Assembly: GCF_006345805.1 (NCBI RefSeq)
Contig: NC_043001.1
Span: 124,496,001 to 124,560,000, forward strand
Direction of reading: 5' to 3'
Length of the DNA stretch: 64,000 nt
Source of the DNA: Octopus sinensis
Taxonomy: Eukaryota
The notes below the pieces were generated by a model. The model had not been told where the DNA came from. It did no database searches and saw nothing but the letters and a program-made list of their open reading frames with translations. Both the position numbers and the translations under genes were made by a program. Positions 12,723 to 25,570 of the stretch are shown one piece after another (within the stretch, counting starts at the first letter, position 1; the number at the start of each line of letters is the position of its first letter).

Positions 12723-13720
12723 CAGTATCTAAAACTTGCATTATCTGGTTTCTAATTCCCTTTAAAAGCCGTTTTAGTGTCATGTGATGGAGGTTTGGCC
12801 GCTATTTCTAACACCACCATCCATTTTCTGTGGAGGTCAGATACCTAGATCTCAACATTTTGTTTCCATGATGTCTTTATATTTTTGAACTCAGTATCTA
12901 AAACTTGCATTATCCGGTTTCTAATTCCCTTTAAAAGCCGTTTTAGTGTCATGTGAAGGAGGTTTGGCCGCTATTTCTAACACCACCATCCATTTTCTGT
13001 GGAGGTCAGATACCTAGATCTCAACATTTTGTTTCCATGATGTCTTTATATTTTTGAACTCAGTATCTAAAACTTGCATTATCCGGTTTCTAATTCCCTA
13101 AAAGCCGTTTTAGTCATGTGAAGGAGGTTTGGCCGCTATTTCTAAACCACCATCCATTTTCTGTGGAGGTCAGATACCTAGATCTCAACATTTTGTTCCA
13201 TGATGTCTTATATTTTTGAACTCAGTATCTAAAACTTGCATTATCCGGTTTCTAATTCCCTTTAAAAGCCGTTTTAGTGTCATGTGAAGGAGGTGTGGCC
13301 GCTATTTCTAACACCACGATCCATTTTCTGTGGAGGTCAGATACCTAGATCTCAACATTTTGTTTCCATGATGTCTTTATATTTTTGAACTCAGTATCTA
13401 AAACTTGCATTATCCGGTTTCTAATTCCCTTTAAAAGCCGTTTTAGTGTCATGTGAAGGAGGTTTGGCCTCTATTTCTAACACCACCATCCATTTTCTGT
13501 GGAGGTCAGATACCTAGATCTCAACATTTTGTTTCCATGATGTCTTTATATTTTTGAACTCAGTATCTAAAACTTGCATTATCCGGTTTCTAATTCCCTT
13601 TAAAAGCCGTTTTAGTGTCATGTGAAGGAGGTTTGGCCGCTATTTCTAACACCACGATCCATTTTCTGTGGAGGTCAGATACCCAGATCTCAACATTTTG
13701 TTTCCATGATGTCTTTATAT
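12723..13720. repeat. Tandem array, 169-bp unit, about 5.9 copies
   Basis: Unit starts at 12723, 12892, 13061, 13223, 13392, 13561; near-identical copies. Confidence 0.95.
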
Positions 13721-14289
13721 TATTCTTTAATCAATCTAGTAACTGCATTTGTTTATTTTATTATATTGATCTTAGCTGCAATAAAGATTTCAAGATGATT
13801 TCACCGTTGTTATGCTTTTGTTGCTGTTTTCGTTTAGCCCTACTTCAGCCTTGAAGAGCTATAGTTCAGATGATCAAAGACGTAACAGCCATAAAATACC
13901 CAGGCTTATATTTGATCTTTCTAGAATTACAGTTTCTCATGCATGCTTCCTGTTTGAAGACGAGAGATTGAAAATTTGACAAGGCAGTCAGTCACCCGCT
14001 GACACTCGTTGACGATACATCGAAGAGGCCAGGGAACAGAAGAAAGAAGAAGAAAGAAGACATACACCCAACACCAGAGCTGAAGACATCTCCGAAAGAG
14101 GGGGAGTGGGGCACGTCAACTAGGTAGAGGAGTAGGGGCCGAAACCGGACGTGGTTCCCCCTGATGATGTCTTGAGCTAACTGGATCCTATAAAGCTGTT
14201 GTGGTAGCAGACCACGAAATACGGTTGAAATTCTTTTAAGGAAGATTTGGCCACTATTTCCTGTAGGTCGTTTTATGTCGTTGCAAAAG

Positions 14290-14935
14290 CGGCGAGCTGA
14301 CAGGATCGTTAGCACGCCAAGGCGGCGAGCTAGCAGAATCGTTAGCACGCCAGGCGAAATGCTAAGCAGTATTTCGTCTGCCGCTACGTTCTGAGTTCAA
14401 ATTCCGCCGTGGTCGACTTTGCCTTTCATCATTTCGGGGTAGATTAAATAAGTACCAGTTACGCACTAAGGTCGATGTAATCGACTTAATCCATTTGTCT
14501 GTCCTTGTTTGTCCTCTCTGTGTTTAGCCCCTTGTGGATAGTAAAGAAATAGGTATTTCGTCTGTCTTTACGTTCTGAGTTTAAATTCCGCCGAGGTCGA
14601 CTTTGCCTTTCATCCTTTCGGGGTCGATAAAGTAAGTACCAGTTACGCACTGGGGTCGATGTAATCGACTTAATCCGTTTGTCTGTTCATGTTTGTCTCC
14701 TCTATGTTTAGCCCCTTGTGGGCAATAAAGAAATAAGAATCGTTAGCACGCCGGCCAAAATGCTTAGTAGCATTTCATCCGTCTTTACATTCTGGGTTCA
14801 AATGCCGCCGGGATTGACTTTGGTTTTCATCCTTTCGGTATCGATAAAATAAGTACCAGTTCAGCACTGGGGCTTATGTAATCGAACCTAGCCCTTCCCC
14901 ACAAAATAACTGGCTTTATACTAACATTTAAACCA
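14290..14935 (+). mobile_element. Trimeric concatemer of SINE family A
   Basis: Three bodies with junctions after 14551 and 14735. Confidence 0.85.
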
Positions 14936-15558
14936 TTATTATATGCCATTGCTGTCGTTATTGATATTGCCATAGCTTTTATTGCTACTGAATAGTCCTA
15001 TGTTAGTCCTAATTGTACAAATATTTGTGCAAATGTATCCTATTCGCTACCATCACGCCATTTAGTGACATACAGCATTGCATTCTTCAGTAAAACCTTC
15101 TATTATTTGAAGACGGTGGAGTGGGATTAGTGAAATAATTAGCTTCTATTTCGAGTAAAGAAGGGGCTTAGATGCTCCTGCCTTCATCTTTGGTTCGACT
15201 GTTGTATGTAACTGTTGTTTTTGTCGACGTCGCTGTTGTCTTTTTGATCCAGTGTTAGCTCTGAGCTAGCAGAAGAAAAAGCGTTTTCAACAGGTCGTCA
15301 ACTCAACCTTTGTACGCTGTAAATTGTGACACTATGAGAACAATTTCCCCCATTTATCATGTAGGTGATCGATCAAACATATACCAATTAAGAGAGGAGG
15401 AACTGTTAAAGTGTTGGGCAAAATGTTTTGTTTTATTTCCCCCAGCTTTCGAGTTCTACCAGTAATGTCTTTCACGATACTGCTACCAAGCTGTTTCAGC
15501 CGAAGGCAGTATTCTCTCCCTTGGATAAGCATCATTATCATAAAGAGGGAAGACTTAC

Positions 15559-15652
15559 ATGCTTGGACAACTACTAGTCTTTCTCTATTAAATCCTGCTG
15601 TCCTGTTCATATACACGAGCAAATTCCTGATCAGGCTAATCCGACGAAGAAC
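15559..15652 (-). CDS. Internal coding exon (VLRRISLIRNLLVYMNRTAGFNRERLVVVQA), phase 0 to 1
   Basis: Branch-like TACTAAT, acceptor tttatttcgtgttag|G, donor CAT|gtaagt; 94 nt; only this frame is open. Confidence 0.75.
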
Positions 15653-15982
15653 CTAACACGAAATAAACTATTAGTAATAGCTACACACTGATACAAACAT
15701 CCTGAAGCTTTTTTTTAATATCCTATTCTTAGACTTAATCCAGATCAAAATGGATGTTCTAATCCTCTCGGAGAAATAGAAACAATGCGTGAAGGTAAAT
15801 GCGTGCAACTGACTTTCAAAAGATATTCATAGCCATGACAATATCTGTAAATTAGCCAACTTGGGTCGATTTAATCCACATAGCTCCTCCCTCAAAACTG
15901 CTGGCCTTATGCCAAAATTTGAAACAATATTATTATTATTATATTATATATTATCATTATTATTATAATTTGAAATACTATT

Positions 15983-16067
<85 letters not shown>

Positions 16068-16068
<1 letters not shown>

Positions 16069-16268
16069 GGTGGCGAACTAGCAGAATCGTTAGCACACTG
16101 GACGAAATTTCGTCCGTCGTTACGTTCTGAGTTCAAATTCCGCCGGGTCGACTTTGCTTATCATCCTTTTGGGGTCGATAAAATGAGTACCTGTCGAGTA
16201 CTGGGGTCGATGTAATCGACTTATCCTCCTCCCCCTAACGTGTTGGCCTTGCGCCAAAATTTGAAACC
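16068..16268 (+). mobile_element. SINE family A, short tail, embedded in (TTA)n
   Basis: Head ggtggcgaactagcagaatcgttagcac, tail ggccttgcgccaaaatttgaaacc. Other copies at about 17046-17258(+), 22226-22440(-), 29868-30010(-), 30124-30305(-), 34920-35050(-), 35455-36085 (three, -), 53350-53560(+), 59565-59750(-). Confidence 0.85.
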
Positions 16269-16284
16269 ATTATTATCATTATTT

Positions 16285-16700
16285 GCTGGTAGCTATAGCG
16301 AAAGAGGTTGTTTGGTGGACAATGCTGAAATGCATGAGGACAAATACATCATTCCGCTTTGGTATAGCTATCATTGACTGCTTCAGGTTTCTCTTGAAAA
16401 GGAAATTGAGAGTGGAGAAGGAAGTGCTGTCCTCGAGTGAGATTATTGAAAGATGAGTGACAGTTGCAAAAATGGCAAGAGTGGATGGTACTTCTCTAAG
16501 AGTAGACCTGTAAGTCAGAGAGAAGAAATTGGGTTTTCAGAAGAATCTTGAACCGTGGAGTTCCTTGATTATCCCAAGAGACCTTCCTGTGTCAGTAGGA
16601 CCACATCCCTATCATACTCCCCGACACTTTTTTCAAACATACCTTTGTATGCTTTGCATATATCTCTTCTTTTGCAGTGTATCCGTGTACACTTACTTAT
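16285..16700 (+). mobile_element. Degenerate Tx1/L1-like LINE 3' fragment
   Basis: Translation LVAIAKEVVWWTMLK...FRFLLKRKLRVEKEVLS matches the ORF2 end at 24600-24720. Confidence 0.75.
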
Positions 16701-16862
16701 TTTCTTTCTTTCTTTCTTCCTTTCTTTCCTGCTTTCTCTCTATCGTTTTTTTCTTTCTTTCTTTCTTTCTTTTATAATCATTCCATTATATGCAAACGCC
16801 ACACTTTATGTTTGCCTTTGTATTGCCTCCCCCATCCTTCGCCCTTGTGGCAAATAAATGAA

Positions 16863-16954
16863 TGCATTATTATTATTATTATCATTATTATTATTATTAT
16901 TAGTAGTAGTAGTAGTAGTAGTATAGTAGTAGTAGTAGTAGTAGTAGTAGTAGC

Positions 16955-17042
<88 letters not shown>

Positions 17043-17043
17043 A
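16863..17043. repeat. Compound trinucleotide array (ATT)n-(AGT)n-(AGC)n-(AGT)n
   Basis: Directly visible; source of the poly-I/S/V/A ORF. Confidence 0.95.
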
Positions 17044-17257
17044 TGTGGCGAGCTGGCAGAGTCGTTTAGCACGCCGGGCAAAAAAGCTAGGCGGTATTTC
17101 GTCCGTCATTACGTTCTGAATTCAAATCCCGCCGCGATCGACTTTCCCTTTCATCCTTTCAAGGTTGATAAAATAAGTACCAGTAACACACTGGGGTTGA
17201 TGTAATTGCCTACTCCCCTCACCTGAAATTTCAGGCCTTGTGCTTATAGTAGAAAGG

Positions 17258-17312
<55 letters not shown>

Positions 17313-17332
17313 TATTGTTATTATTATTATTA

Positions 17333-17377
<45 letters not shown>

Positions 17378-17405
17378 GTTATTATTATTATTATTATTAT
17401 TATTG

Positions 17406-17498
<93 letters not shown>

Positions 17499-17504
17499 TT
17501 ATTA

Positions 17505-17538
<34 letters not shown>

Positions 17539-17700
17539 CATCATCATCATTATTATTATCATCATCATTATTGTTATTAGTATTATTATTATCATTATCA
17601 TTATCATCATCATCATTATTATTATTATTATTATTATTATCATAATTATTATTATTAGTTGTTGTTGTTGTTGTTGTTGTTTTGTTGTAGTAATAGTAGT
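17258..17700. repeat. About 440-bp (ATT)n/(ATC)n/(GTT)n array extending from a SINE tail
   Basis: Directly visible. Confidence 0.95.
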
Positions 17701-18569
17701 CGTTGATGTTGCTACTGTTGTTCAATAATGATGATCATGATGGTGAGATGGAAGAGGAGAAGGCGGCACAGAACGAAGGGGTGGGGGCATTAAAAAGAAT
17801 GAGTAGAATAACGACGCGAATGAGGATGACCATAATAGCGATGATGACGATGATGACGACCACGACGACGACGGCGGCGGCGGCGGCGACTGCGCAATGC
17901 ACGGGGAAGAGAAACAAAAGAAGGAAGAAAAAAAAACACATAATAGAAAACAGACTGCAAGCAAGATTCTAATTCAGAACTGTAATGCATCAAACGTGAT
18001 GCAGCAAAGCAATCAGTTGGCCGCTGCGCTTGTGCATCATAATCGCATACATGAAGCAATGTTTATTATTAAAGTTGCATGCACATGTGTAATGAACTGG
18101 TCTCTGTTGTAATTAAGAAGCAGTCATGTGCAACAAACTGCTTTACATGTGCCGTCATGTAGCTTTATGAAAAACAGCACCGGTAACTATGGCTTCACTC
18201 AATGATATATTATTCCAGTATTGATTTTCATAATCTCTCCCCGTTTCAATATCTCCCTCTTTCTTTCTCTGTCTGTCCCATTTTCTCCCTCCCTACTCTC
18301 TTTCTTCCACTGTCTGTCTGTCCCATTTTCTCCCTCCCTACTTTCTTTCTTCCACTGTCTCTCTCTCCCTCTCTCTCTCTCTCTCCGTCTGTCTATCTAT
18401 CTATCATTCTGTCGCACTCATTTTTCTCTACATTTCTCGGTAAGAACTTATACAACGCACAGACACACACATATGTCTATCGCCTTACCTAACAGTTTAC
18501 CACTACATCTCTTTCTGTATTTTGACCTGCTTTTTTATTTCCCTATGCAGACAGCCTCCTCACACACAC

Positions 18570-18610
<41 letters not shown>

Positions 18611-18773
18611 ACAAACACACACACACACACACACACACGCAGTTATAGCCAACACAGGCAATGCCCCAGTCCAGTAAGTGGAACAAGTATTAGACATAGC
18701 CTGGGCCAATCTTTGCTCGAATCATATATAAATTATGTATATATATATGTATATATATATATATATATCTTCC

Positions 18774-18825
<52 letters not shown>

Positions 18826-18998
18826 CGTACGTATGTATGTACGTATGTATGTACGTATGTATGTATACATGTATGTGTATAATATATATGTGTGTATATA
18901 TATATATGTGTATACATGTATATATATATATATATATATGTATATTTACATGCATACACACATGCATATATATAATATATATATATATATGAATATAC

Positions 18999-19035
<37 letters not shown>

Positions 19036-19356
19036 CATATATACATACATACATACATACATTATATATTATATATATATATATAATATTATATATATAT
19101 ATATATATCTATTTTATCTACCTCGTCAGCTACTTATCGATCTATATTTCTGCTTTCCATATCAGTCAACCGTTCAAAATGTGAGCGCATGTGTGTGTGT
19201 ATATGCGTGCGTGAGTGTGTGCGTGAGAGAGTGTATGTTAAAGAGAGAATGTGTTTTTTCTAACTATATTTACATAATGCATACACAGATTAGTACATGT
19301 ACGTAAACATATGTATGTATGTATATATGTGTGTATATATATATATGTGTTGTGTG

Positions 19357-19397
<41 letters not shown>

Positions 19398-20179
19398 CGT
19401 GACCAACCAGGCTATCAGATGTTGCTACACACCGCTGGTCACAATGCGCTCCGTATTGTTTTAGCCTTCAAATGACGCCATCCCGCTGGCTAAGCGAGCT
19501 GGCCAATATATATATATATATATATGAATGTCTGTTTTTACGCTAACCTAATGTGCAACTCTGTACAGTTTTAGAGTACAAATTTATTATTCTTATACAA
19601 AAATGTTGTTGACGGTGACTCCGAATTGTCGGTTAGCTAAGCCATCGATGTGTGTATATGCGTAAATACATTCATAGGTAGATCAATATCATATATGTAT
19701 AGAGGAGTGTATGTGTATTTCTGTGTGTGCGCGTCTGTGTTGTGTGTGCGTATGTGCGTGTGTGTGTATGTATATGTATTGGACAGCAACTTGTATGTAA
19801 CGGTTGTACCCCAGGATGACCTTAGCTTTAGAGCTGAAACAAGCTAAAGCATATATATATTAATTTCCTTCTCTCATCTTTTTCCATTCACCTCAACTTT
19901 GATTTTGCCAGCGTGTCTTTTTCTTTTTCCTTCTTCCGTATCAAATGTTCTCTCCTATTGCTAATCACGTACATAGCTCACGTTGCTTTGTACCGTATCA
20001 GTTGTAGCCTGTCTATGTGTCTGTCTGACTGTATGTATGCATGTATGCATGTATGCATGTATGCATGTATGTATGCATGTATGTATGTATGTATGTATGC
20101 ATGTATGCATGTATGTATGTATGTATGTATGTATGTATGTATGTATGTGTGTGTGTGGTGTGTGTCTCTCTCTTCTATT

Positions 20180-21350
20180 TTTTAATTATTATAAATCTTC
20201 CACCGAAGAAGGAGCCTGTTTCTAACAAGCAAACAAAGCTCCATCTTTGGGATGTAGTTAATATAGACAAATTCACATTTAGAACTTGAGAAAAGTTATA
20301 CATATTTTTATGGTTCCACTCAGATTTTACTTGCAATGTATGAATCAGCCGGTCGATATCGCTTTCTGAAATTCCCTGTATAACCAGATTCTCCTTTAAG
20401 CATTTACTAACGAAACCTAGTGCTCCAGTTATTATTGGTATGAATATGAATTCATAGTCAAGATATAGAAACTGGAGGTTTTGAAGCAGATGTCTAAAGA
20501 TATCTTCTTTTTCCTTGATTTTCAAAGAGATATTTATATCTGCAGGGCAGCTGACCTCTATGACCGTACATACCTTTGCCCCTCAGTACCAAACGACAAT
20601 CTCTGGCATGTTATGTTTACATTTGATAGAAGTTTTGAAGGGAATATTCCACCAGTATTCTTTGAGTTGACGTTTATGAATGTATTCCATAATCGAGGGA
20701 TTTCCTACGTTTATTTCAGGACAGTCTTTCTTGCGGACGGCAATGTAAATTGTTTTAGTGATAACATCGTGCTGCATAGGGGGGTAGTACCGTGACGTTT
20801 TAGGACAGCTGCTAATCACATGCTTGATGTGTTCCACAGAAACATGACATAGCCTACACATGCGGTTGCACCTTGGGATTACAAGAGCGCCGCTGTCTCT
20901 CTTCTTCACAAGGCACTTAGTGGCAATCTCCTGTTCCTAGATTGTAAACGCAAGGCCTTCAAAGTGTGATGTGTTGTAGTGGTCTTGTGTCCAAGGGAGG
21001 CTGCGTTTCGTGTCAATTCTACAGTTTTCTTCAAGCTTCCGGACAACATAACCATGCATAGACTTTTTTTTGTATGATGAGTGCTTTCCATCTAGGTCTT
21101 CTCTGTGTTAAGATAGCCCAGCTGTTTTGGGGCTGTATGGGTCATCTGGGAGAGAGTGCTTCTTGAGGAGCTCGCTGCCAACTCGTGCTATGTCGCTCAC
21201 TTCACGTTCAGCACTGCATTTATGTATTTATTTTTGCTGCTGTAGTTTAGCAGGTGCTGCCAGAGTTATACCATACGATATTCAAAGCCATCTGCACTGA
21301 TCTTAAGCCTCTACCACCTTCGTTTCTTCTTTGGTAGAGCCTGTCAACAT
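20180..21350 (-). mobile_element. R4/Dong-like LINE 3' region (CCHC finger plus restriction-like endonuclease), degenerate
   Basis: CRLCHVSVEHIKHVISSC...HD, EYWWNIPFKTSIKCKHN.P, IPIITGALG. Confidence 0.8.
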
Positions 21351-22762
21351 TGCTGTTTCTGTGGCTGTTCCCAGTTGTTGTCAGGATTTTGCGGGGTTTT
21401 TGTATGTATGTATGTATGTATGTATGTATGTTTTGTGTGTGTGTGTGTGTGTGTGCATCTGTGTATAACGAAATCTTAGATATACCTATAGTGACGAGTG
21501 GTTCATGGTGGAGACTATTTTTTAAAATTTCATTTTATCTTCAATTAGTTACAGTTAACCTTGGTCTAAACAACAGCAACAACATCAGTCACTAATTCTT
21601 TTATTCTTTTATTCCTTTAGTCTTTTACTTGTTTCAGTCATATGACTACGGCCATGCTTGAACACCAACTTTAAGGGGTTTAGTGGAACAACTCGACACC
21701 AGGAGTTATTTCTTAAGCCTAACACTTATTCTATTAGTCATTTTGTCGAACCGCTATATTACGGGGACGTAAGCACACCATCAAGCTGTGATGGGAGACA
21801 AATACAGACACAAAGGCACACACACATGCACACACACGTGCGTGTGTGCTACGACGGGCTTCTTTTAGTTTCCGTCTACCAAATCCACTCACTAGGTTTA
21901 GGTTAGCCCGAAGCTATAGTAGGAGACACCTGCCCAAGGTACCACCCAGCGGGATGAACCCAGAAACATGTGCTTTGGAAGCAAGCTTCTTACAACACAG
22001 CAACACCTGCGCCTACTGCTGATTCTATTTTTATGTTGAAGTGAATCTAACGGTTTTTGTGTGTTTCTTAAATGGCTTATAAACACCTTCCACGCTGCAA
22101 TTGTTTTCGTTCCAGCACACCATCTCAGATCAGGTCACTTGACTAATAATTATTTTAGTAATCATAAAATGTAGAGGAACAGAACTGATACCCCAGTAGC
22201 ATAAATATTCCATAACAAAATATCGGTTTCAAATTTTGGCACAAGGTCACCATGTTCAAGGGTGGGGGTTAAGTCGATTACATCGACCCCATTGCTTAAC
22301 GGGTTCTTATTTCACCGACCGCGAAAGGATGAAAAGCAAAGCAAACCTCAGCAAAATTTGAACCCAGAACATAATGATGGGCGAAATGCCGCTAAGCCTT
22401 TTGCTCGGCGTGCTAAGAATTCTGCCTGCTCACCGCCTGAGATGTTAACACGATATTCCATCATGTTTTGTCCAACACTCAAAAGATATTTTTACTCTCC
22501 GATCTGCTTTAAATTTAATTATTAAAACAAAAATTATTATTAAAAAAAAATCTCGTTTCATTTTATTATCCTTATTATTCATCCGTTGCATGATGTATTT
22601 ATTAGTTTGTTTCTGTGGGTGGTGTATTTGTTGTTCTTTTTTCTTAGATGAAGCAGATATTGTTGTGTTCTTGAAATTGGCACAAACATCCAAAACAAAT
22701 GGGAGAAACAATGAATGTCTTGTTATTTCGAAATTAAGAGATCTGCTTGATACAGAGCTCAC

Positions 22763-22914
22763 TTTCTCCAAGGGCCAGGTGGTTCTACTAAACCACGTAC
22801 GATAATCCTGGAATTCACTTATCATGGTGTTACCAGTATTCTTGTTCGACGATTGGTCAGCCTTGACGTGGCTTTCACTAGTTACGAGATCTTTGTAGAG
22901 GGGGGGTGGAATAC
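22763..22914 (-). CDS. Internal coding exon ((G)IPPPLYKDLVTSESHVKADQSSNKNTGNTMISEFQDYRTWFSRTTWPLEK), phase 1 to 0
   Basis: Acceptor atagtttagcag|GT, donor GAGAAA|gtgagc; 152 nt inside the 165-aa ORF 22445-22942; phases match both neighbours. Confidence 0.72.
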
Positions 22915-23546
22915 CTGCTAAACTATAGTTCCATATAGACATTATTCATATTTTTTTACTACTCCTTCCCTACTCCACCGAGTATTTCTGATCTGATAAT
23001 AAAGTTTCAACATAGAAAACGGTCAGAGATTTTGTTTTTCACTTGTTTTAATCATTCGAGTGCAGCAGTTACTTTTAAATCTAGTGCTTATTCTATCGGG
23101 CGCTTTTGCCGAATCATTAGTTTGCGTGAACAAAACAAACCAACACACACACACACACGCGCGCGCGCACGCACATATGTGTGTATGTGTATACGAGAGG
23201 CTTCCGTATAGTTTCCGTTTAACAAACTCACGCTCAATGTATTAATCCGCCCCGGGATATAGCTGAAGACATTTGCCCAAGATGCCGCACGGTGAAATTG
23301 AACGCGAAACTATATGCTTGCAATGGAAGCTTCTTAACAGGACAGTTATGCCTGCGTTTGTATTTACGTATAGCTATGAGATATATTTATACATTGCCAC
23401 AGTAGTAGCGGTTTCCATCAAATCAACTCAACATCATATTCCAGTTCTTAAAAATTAGTAAATAATCCATTAATTCATATAAAAGACAGAAAATCTTGCC
23501 TAAGCAAAACGTATTTAAGTATACAAATTTTTAGTTACTTACATAC

Positions 23547-23581
23547 CAGACAACATGTATGTACTATTTTCCTTCAATTCT
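23547..23581 (-). CDS. 35-nt coding micro-exon (ELKENSTYMLS), phase 2 to 1
   Basis: Acceptor gatttctttcag|A, donor TCTG|gtatgt (second donor gtaagt 4 nt downstream); only one frame is open. Confidence 0.55.
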
Positions 23582-23949
23582 CTGAAAGAAATCGCCACGA
23601 AATAATTAAATCCTCTGAGTATAAATTTTTTAGACATCAGGATTTTTATTTTAATCCAATTATTATCTTATAATATTTATGATTTCAATTTATTTATTCA
23701 TTTATGTATGTTGCTTTTTCGTATTTAATTTTAGAGACTATTAGATTATTCACGTATTAATAATTCCTACGCAAGTTGGCACTGAATAAAGTAGTGTGTG
23801 TGTGTATTTTTATCATGTACTTATATTATTTATGCATACAAACATATATACACATGCAAACACGCAAACACACACATACATATAAACATATATATATACA
23901 CTATATACAAACGTACGTACATACATACATACATACATACATACATACA

Positions 23950-23983
<34 letters not shown>

Positions 23984-24296
23984 CCTGTGTATGTGCAGGA
24001 ATAAATACATCACAATTATAACAAAAATATATCTTTTGTGAAAAGCGAACAGTAGCAGTGTTTAATAAATGACAATGAAATTATCCGGGTTAACGCCAAA
24101 AGATATAATTATATAAGAGTACACCTGGAACCTAAAGTCACTTCAAAATTTAAAACAAAGTTATTTGATATATTCTACATCTACAACAAAATGTATTCTA
24201 TACCTACTTCTAGTATGGTCTTTATTATATCACCTAGATTTTCACAGGAGTATATAGACAGGTGATGACTTCATCAGAAAAAAAGTAATAATAATG

Positions 24297-24332
<36 letters not shown>

Positions 24333-24355
24333 TAATAATAATAATAATAATAATA

Positions 24356-25570
24356 CTTCCTGTATTGGCCACAAGGGTCGGACCCTAAACGATGCATAAA
24401 CGAGGGACAGTGAGGTTAAACATGTAAACAGCAAACACGATTAACAAAGAGATCAAATTAACAATATGCTTCCTTAATAGGGGCTGGGGGAGTTCCACCG
24501 TAAGGTGACCAAAGAGACCTCATGAACTTTGGACCCTTAATACCAACGGTTCGTCAGAAAGGCACCCTCTCTTCTCCCTTACCGGGTGATAATACTTCCC
24601 TCTCCAGTCTCACTTTCCTTTTTAGGTGGAACCTGAAAAAGTGAATCAGGCCTTGGCCGAAGAGTATAGAACGCATTTTCTACACTTTCAATCGTTTCCA
24701 CCACACAACCTCTTTTGCCATAGCTACCAGACAGAGAAAAATTGCCCTCCCTTCCCAGCCAATAGAAGGAGACGGGGCGATTTCACAATGAACTCGGACG
24801 ATAGCCAAATTCGTCCCACATGTGACAATAACTGTTCGACGAAGCTCCGCAAGTCAGCAATGCGCGGACATTGTACGATAGCATGCAGAACGGTTTCATC
24901 GCTCCGCGTGCATCTCGGTCAGGCCCGATTGACTGCCCACCCGTACCTGTAGAGCTTATCTCGAGCCGGCACTGCCCTTCGGTAGCATTGCCAAGCCAGG
25001 GATTTCTGGAAGTTATCCAAAGTTCCCGGCCCGAAAGTACTTCGGAACAGATCAAACAGTTCATTCCTTTCGACGCCCAGGACGTCTCCGAATACGTCTT
25101 CGACTCTGTAATCCACTAATCCCCCATAGAACTCCAAGATGGAATTTCTACCGATCGCATTCCTCCACTGGTCGAGGGCTGTGAGCGCTTGGAGTTACCC
25201 TAGGTGCCAAGCGCCCTGCTTTGGTCTACGTTTGATCCAGGACTATAGCTCCGTCAAGGAGATGAGCTGCAAAAAAGCGTGTTCAACAAACGGCGACCAC
25301 ACCTGCACACCGTTAAGGTACCGATGAAGATGTCGCAGCCTTAGAACATGTCTGTACAACCTCAGTCACGGTATACCCATTCTTCCACGCAACGAGGGCT
25401 GACAGCAGATGGACCGTCTGACGAGCGGTACCTATCCGCTACATAGGAAAAGGAAGAGCAAACGCACCAGCGCGTTCAGCCACGAAGTAGGAAAAGGGAC
25501 GACAGTCAGGTGGTAATAGATGACGGATGCGATGTACGCATTCGCCACGTCCGCCCGACCCATGAACATA
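24356..25570 (-). mobile_element. 5'-truncated Tx1/L1-clade LINE (ORF2 C-terminal zf-RVT region plus 3'UTR, (TAT)n tail)
   Basis: FQKSLAWQCYRRAVPARDKLYRYGWAVNRA*PRCTRSDETVLHAIVQCP; tail cccttgtggccaatacaggaag-(tat)n. Confidence 0.85.

Noticed and set aside
12723-13720. Tandem array as a CRISPR-like locus
   Set aside because: Full-unit identity with no unique spacers, in a eukaryotic context
14075-14225. CTGAAGA/GAAA and GAAA/CTGATGA motif pairs as hammerheads
   Set aside because: Helices I and II cannot be formed; the purine-rich region is more like an ORF1 remnant
15559-15580. LVVVQAC resembling the caspase QAC motif
   Set aside because: No QACRG and no His-Gly dyad at the expected spacing in the assembled protein
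15411-15656. Plus-strand ORF with a GPCR TM7-like LNPAVLFIY
   Set aside because: It is antisense to a well-supported minus-strand exon, with no true NPxxY motif and no partner exons
22627-22778. Plus-strand exon-like DEADIVVFLKLAQT...SKGQ
   Set aside because: Weak donor, overlaps the minus-strand exon, and no compatible plus-strand gene was found
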